A stretch of DNA of 64,000 nucleotides from Pseudomonadota bacterium (GTDB lineage Bacteria > Pseudomonadota > Gammaproteobacteria > Burkholderiales > Rhodocyclaceae): positions 2,019 to 66,018 of the forward strand of contig JAGTRV010000001.1 in NCBI GenBank assembly GCA_018262245.1, written 5' to 3'. Both the position numbers and the translations under genes were made by a program. Below, one piece after another: positions 61,147 through 64,000 of this stretch. The notes beneath the pieces are model-generated. The model saw only the letters and a list, made by a program, of their open reading frames with translations. It ran no database searches and was not told the DNA's origin. Within the stretch, counting starts at the first letter, position 1. Each line of letters starts with the position of its first letter.

Positions 61147-61339
61147 CGGTCACCATGAACTTATGTTTGGGCGCATCGCACCCCGGGCAGCACCAGTCAT
61201 CCGGCAAGTCGGCAAAGGCAATGCCGGGCGGAATACCGCGCACGTCATCGCCCTGCGTCGGGTCATAGACCCACCAGCAGATGCCGCACTCCAGCTTGTC
61301 GTCGGGTTTGACGCCGAGAAATGAACCTTCGAATCGCAT
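61139..61339 (-). CDS. hoxR: Rubredoxin (HoxR/HupI)
   Basis: ECGICWWVYDP..GD..PGIAFADLPDDWCCPGC. Confidence 0.9.
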   Translation of the reverse strand: MRFEGSFLGVKPDDKLECGICWWVYDPTQGDDVRGIPPGIAFADLPDDWCCPGCDAPKHKFMVTDE

Positions 61340-61349
61340 GTCGGGGAAT

Positions 61350-62213
61350 TTAGACTGGCTCCACCATCATGTCGAGGTATTCCCGCAGGCGTTCGACCGA
61401 ATCGCCGAAATCCTCGTCGGCCGCCAGCGCGACTTCGGGCATGCCGACAATCTCGATGGAGTTCAGGATCAGCGTATCCATACTGTTGAAGTACTGGACC
61501 CACCAGACGTTCTTCAGCCGCGTGCTGGTGATCCGGCAATTGCCGTAGCCGCGCGACAGGATCGAGACTTCGCGATGGCCGAGCCAGCCGTAAAGCGTAT
61601 CGAGGTCGGCATCGCTGACCGGCAGCAGCGTCAGGTTGATGACGTGGGCTGAATCGCCCGCTTTCCAGGCCGCTGCCTGCATGCGGATTTCCTCGACCAG
61701 GGCCTGGGCGTTCATGCAGCCAGCCGGATAGTCCGGCGGCGGCAGATCGGCCGTGCTCGTACTCGCCATGGCCTCGGTCAGCACCGCCGGAACGCTGCCG
61801 GTTTCGAGGTGGTCCACCATCATGGCGCCATCATCGGCCACCTTCAGGACACGCCACAGGCCGGAAAAGGCGGTTTCCTGAACGCGCCAATGAGCCGGCG
61901 CAGTCGTGAAGGCACTGACCTCGCCAAAGCCCATCGACTGGTTGATCACGTCGCGCATCGTGGCGTCGAGATCGAGCAGCTCGAGCCTCGCCCCCCCTTC
62001 GAAACCGAGCCTCTCGGCTTCATCGGCAAAGGTACCGAGCAGGCTGGCCGCCCGATTGACCACCTCGGGCGCGACGTTATCCGGCAATCGCGGTTGCGAA
62101 AAGGTTTCCATGCCCTTCGGCATGGGCAGGTAATCCGGCGTTTCATCGCCCTGCGAACCAGGCCCCATGGCGACGACGGAAATCGGAAAGGGACGCATCG
62201 TGGACGGGTTCAT
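61350..62213 (-). CDS. hupH: HupH/HoxQ/HyaF accessory protein
   Basis: HVINLTLLP, ILSRGYGNCRITST, WWVQYFNS. Confidence 0.9.
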   Translation of the reverse strand: MNPSTMRPFPISVVAMGPGSQGDETPDYLPMPKGMETFSQPRLPDNVAPEVVNRAASLLGTFADEAERLGFEGGARLELLDLDATMRDVINQSMGFGEVSAFTTAPAHWRVQETAFSGLWRVLKVADDGAMMVDHLETGSVPAVLTEAMASTSTADLPPPDYPAGCMNAQALVEEIRMQAAAWKAGDSAHVINLTLLPVSDADLDTLYGWLGHREVSILSRGYGNCRITSTRLKNVWWVQYFNSMDTLILNSIEIVGMPEVALAADEDFGDSVERLREYLDMMVEPV

Positions 62214-62668
62214 ACGCAGGCTCCTTGGGAGGCTTCGACCCGAACGGGGATGCCGATCGGCTTGGGTTGTACGGGGCCGTTGAGCAGACGGGCGACTTCG
62301 CTCTGGTATTCGCCCCAGTCGCGGATGCCGTTAAGGATGCCGACAAACTGGCCATCGCGCAGGAAGACGACGGCCGGCGCGCGTGGTACGCCGTATTGCG
62401 CCATCAGGGCCGGGGCGAAATCGGGGCCGGCGACCCAGCGGGCAATTTGCGCGGCGACCGGTTTCAGGGCTTCGGGCAGGATCACGCAGGCATCGAGCAC
62501 TTCGAGATTGCGCTGCGGATCTTCGGTCAGCAGCAGGGCAGTCAGGCCGGCCGGGAATTCCGGCTTGCTGTTATCAACGCGACAAAATCCATGTTTTTGC
62601 TGCATGCGGCCAATGGCCGTTTCCAGCTTTTCGAGCGAGGTCGGTCCGGCAACGAGTTGGAGGCTCAT
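62210..62668 (-). CDS. hupG: HupG/HoxO/HyaE thioredoxin-like accessory protein
   Basis: EVLDACVILPE, PAVVFLRDG, RDWGEY. Confidence 0.85.
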   Translation of the reverse strand: MSLQLVAGPTSLEKLETAIGRMQQKHGFCRVDNSKPEFPAGLTALLLTEDPQRNLEVLDACVILPEALKPVAAQIARWVAGPDFAPALMAQYGVPRAPAVVFLRDGQFVGILNGIRDWGEYQSEVARLLNGPVQPKPIGIPVRVEASQGACV

Positions 62669-62967
62669 GATAGTTGTGTCTTCAGAAAATCGGGGAGTTG
62701 GGGTTCGCGATCAAGATCGGCGAAAAAGTCGGAGAAATCGGTTTCACCGGCATGGGCGGCAGCGAGCGCATTCAGGGCGGCATTGATGGCAGCGGCCCGC
62801 TCGGCATCGATCACCTCGCGCGCCGCTTCCAGAAAAGTCAGCAGCCAGGTACCCGGCAACTGCTGGCCGACCAGACTGAGGTCGACCCGCACTTCGCCGT
62901 TACGACCGGCACAGCGGGCAAAGTGCTCGCCACACTCGATCACCTGAACGGGGATACCCAGGCACAT
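62665..62967 (-). CDS. hupF: HupF/HoxL (HypC-family) chaperone
   Basis: MCLGIP, GTWLLTF, C-terminal REPQLPDFL. Confidence 0.88.
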   Translation of the reverse strand: MCLGIPVQVIECGEHFARCAGRNGEVRVDLSLVGQQLPGTWLLTFLEAAREVIDAERAAAINAALNALAAAHAGETDFSDFFADLDREPQLPDFLKTQLS

Positions 62968-63581
62968 CAGGCAGCTTCCATATTCAGGAAACGGGCATCG
63001 CCCAAGCGATAAGCCTGATCGGCCGGCGGCCGTTCACCTTCGTAAACGTCCATGGCCAGCGCCGCATCGGTCAGGCTTTCGGCCTTGCCTTCACGGACAC
63101 GACCGACCACGCCCCAGCGCTCCAGCCAGTCGAGCGCCAGATTCAAGGACGGCACCATTTGCGCCTTGACGATGTCGCGTAGACTGCCGCCGTAGTCTTC
63201 CAGTTCTTCCGGCTGGATGCCGATCAGCACCAGTTCGGCTGGCAATTTGTTGGTCAACTCGGCCGCCATCAGCACTTCCTGAAAGCCGGTCTGGTGCAGG
63301 CTCATCTTCTTGGCGCCCATGAAGCGCGGCACCTGATCACCGACCACCTCGCGCAGCTTGCCCGCCGGATCGCCGTAATCGACGGCATCGAAAACCAGCA
63401 AGCAATCGGCTTCCTGAACGTAGGGCAGCAGGTAAAGGCCCTGCGTGCCGCCATCCATCAGTGTCACTTGCGGCGGAAACTCCCAGCCGTCGTTCAGCGC
63501 CTCGACACAGCGTACCCCGAAGCCTTCATCGGCCCACAGGATGTTGCCGATACCCAAGACCAGAATGCGTTTGGTATTCAT
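62967..63581 (-). CDS. hupD: Uptake-hydrogenase maturation protease (HupD/HoxM)
   Basis: LGIGNILWADEGFG, DGGTQG, MSLHQTGFQE. Confidence 0.92.
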   Translation of the reverse strand: MNTKRILVLGIGNILWADEGFGVRCVEALNDGWEFPPQVTLMDGGTQGLYLLPYVQEADCLLVFDAVDYGDPAGKLREVVGDQVPRFMGAKKMSLHQTGFQEVLMAAELTNKLPAELVLIGIQPEELEDYGGSLRDIVKAQMVPSLNLALDWLERWGVVGRVREGKAESLTDAALAMDVYEGERPPADQAYRLGDARFLNMEAA

Positions 63582-63592
63582 TGAAACCTCTG

Positions 63593-63630
63593 AAAAAACG
63601 CCCCGGGCACACTTCCATGCACACCGGGGC
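63593..63630 (-). terminator. Terminator-like hairpin between hupC and hupD
   Basis: Minus strand GCCCCGG...CCGGGGC followed by GTTTTTT. Confidence 0.6.
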
Positions 63631-63751
63631 CAACGCAAGGTAAACCTTTACCCCGGACTGATGGCCAGGCGCCGCCAGGGCAAGGCGGACGCGAGCTGAC
63701 AGTGCTATTGAACGGCAAGCACGGACAACGCGGCTCCGACAAGCATGGCCA

Positions 63752-64000
63752 TCAGTCCTTGAACATCCGCCAGCCGGAGATCATGGTCGAGATGAGACTC
63801 TGCCGGCTCATGATGTCCTCGCGGATCGCTGCATAGACGTGCAACAGCACGAAAGTCATCATGATCCACATGCCCAGACGGTGCAGGTTATGCACCTGCA
63901 TCGAGCCGCCCAGCGCCGGGATGACCCAGCCGAACAGCGTGTCGGTCAAATGGCCCAGCCCGGCGCCTTCGCTGTACAACGCAAAGCCGGTGAACAACAT
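63752..64000 (-). CDS. hupC: Ni/Fe-hydrogenase b-type cytochrome subunit (C-terminal part, truncated by window)
   Basis: TGFALYSE, HNLHRLGMW, HVYAAIREDIMSRQS.ISTMISG. Confidence 0.92.
   Translation of the reverse strand: MLFTGFALYSEGAGLGHLTDTLFGWVIPALGGSMQVHNLHRLGMWIMMTFVLLHVYAAIREDIMSRQSLISTMISGWRMFKD

Overview
High-GC betaproteobacterial chromosome segment; gene content suggests Rhodocyclales, Dechloromonas-like (inference only). About 1-21.6 kb is housekeeping: alpha-carbonic anhydrase, TetR-pcm-rhodanese-tolC, LPS core genes, glmS, apaH, ornithine-lipid olsBA, prmA, accBC, aroQ, mpl, maeB. About 21.7-64 kb is a nickel/hydrogenase region. It holds the distal part of a membrane-bound Hup/Hox uptake hydrogenase operon with its accessory genes, hypABF and hypCDE, hoxX, an H2-sensing system (HoxA/HupR, HupUV/HoxBC, HupT/HoxJ), a complete Hyd-2-type hybOABCD cluster, NikR, a NiCoT permease and a TonB-dependent receptor. 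Accessory blocks interrupt the cluster. The most unusual is a 5-kb, tightly coupled four-gene cassette (29.9-34.7 kb): corrinoid protein, MtaA/UroD-fold protein with a degenerate Zn motif, RACo/RamA-type ASKHA activator, and PAS-HD-GYP phosphodiesterase. It is flanked by a diverged 70-bp direct repeat of the 3' end of a neighbouring gene, and is a candidate B12/methyl-redox sensor wired to c-di-GMP. No rRNA, tRNA, CRISPR array, integrase or transposase was recognised. All calls come from motif reading, not database searches.
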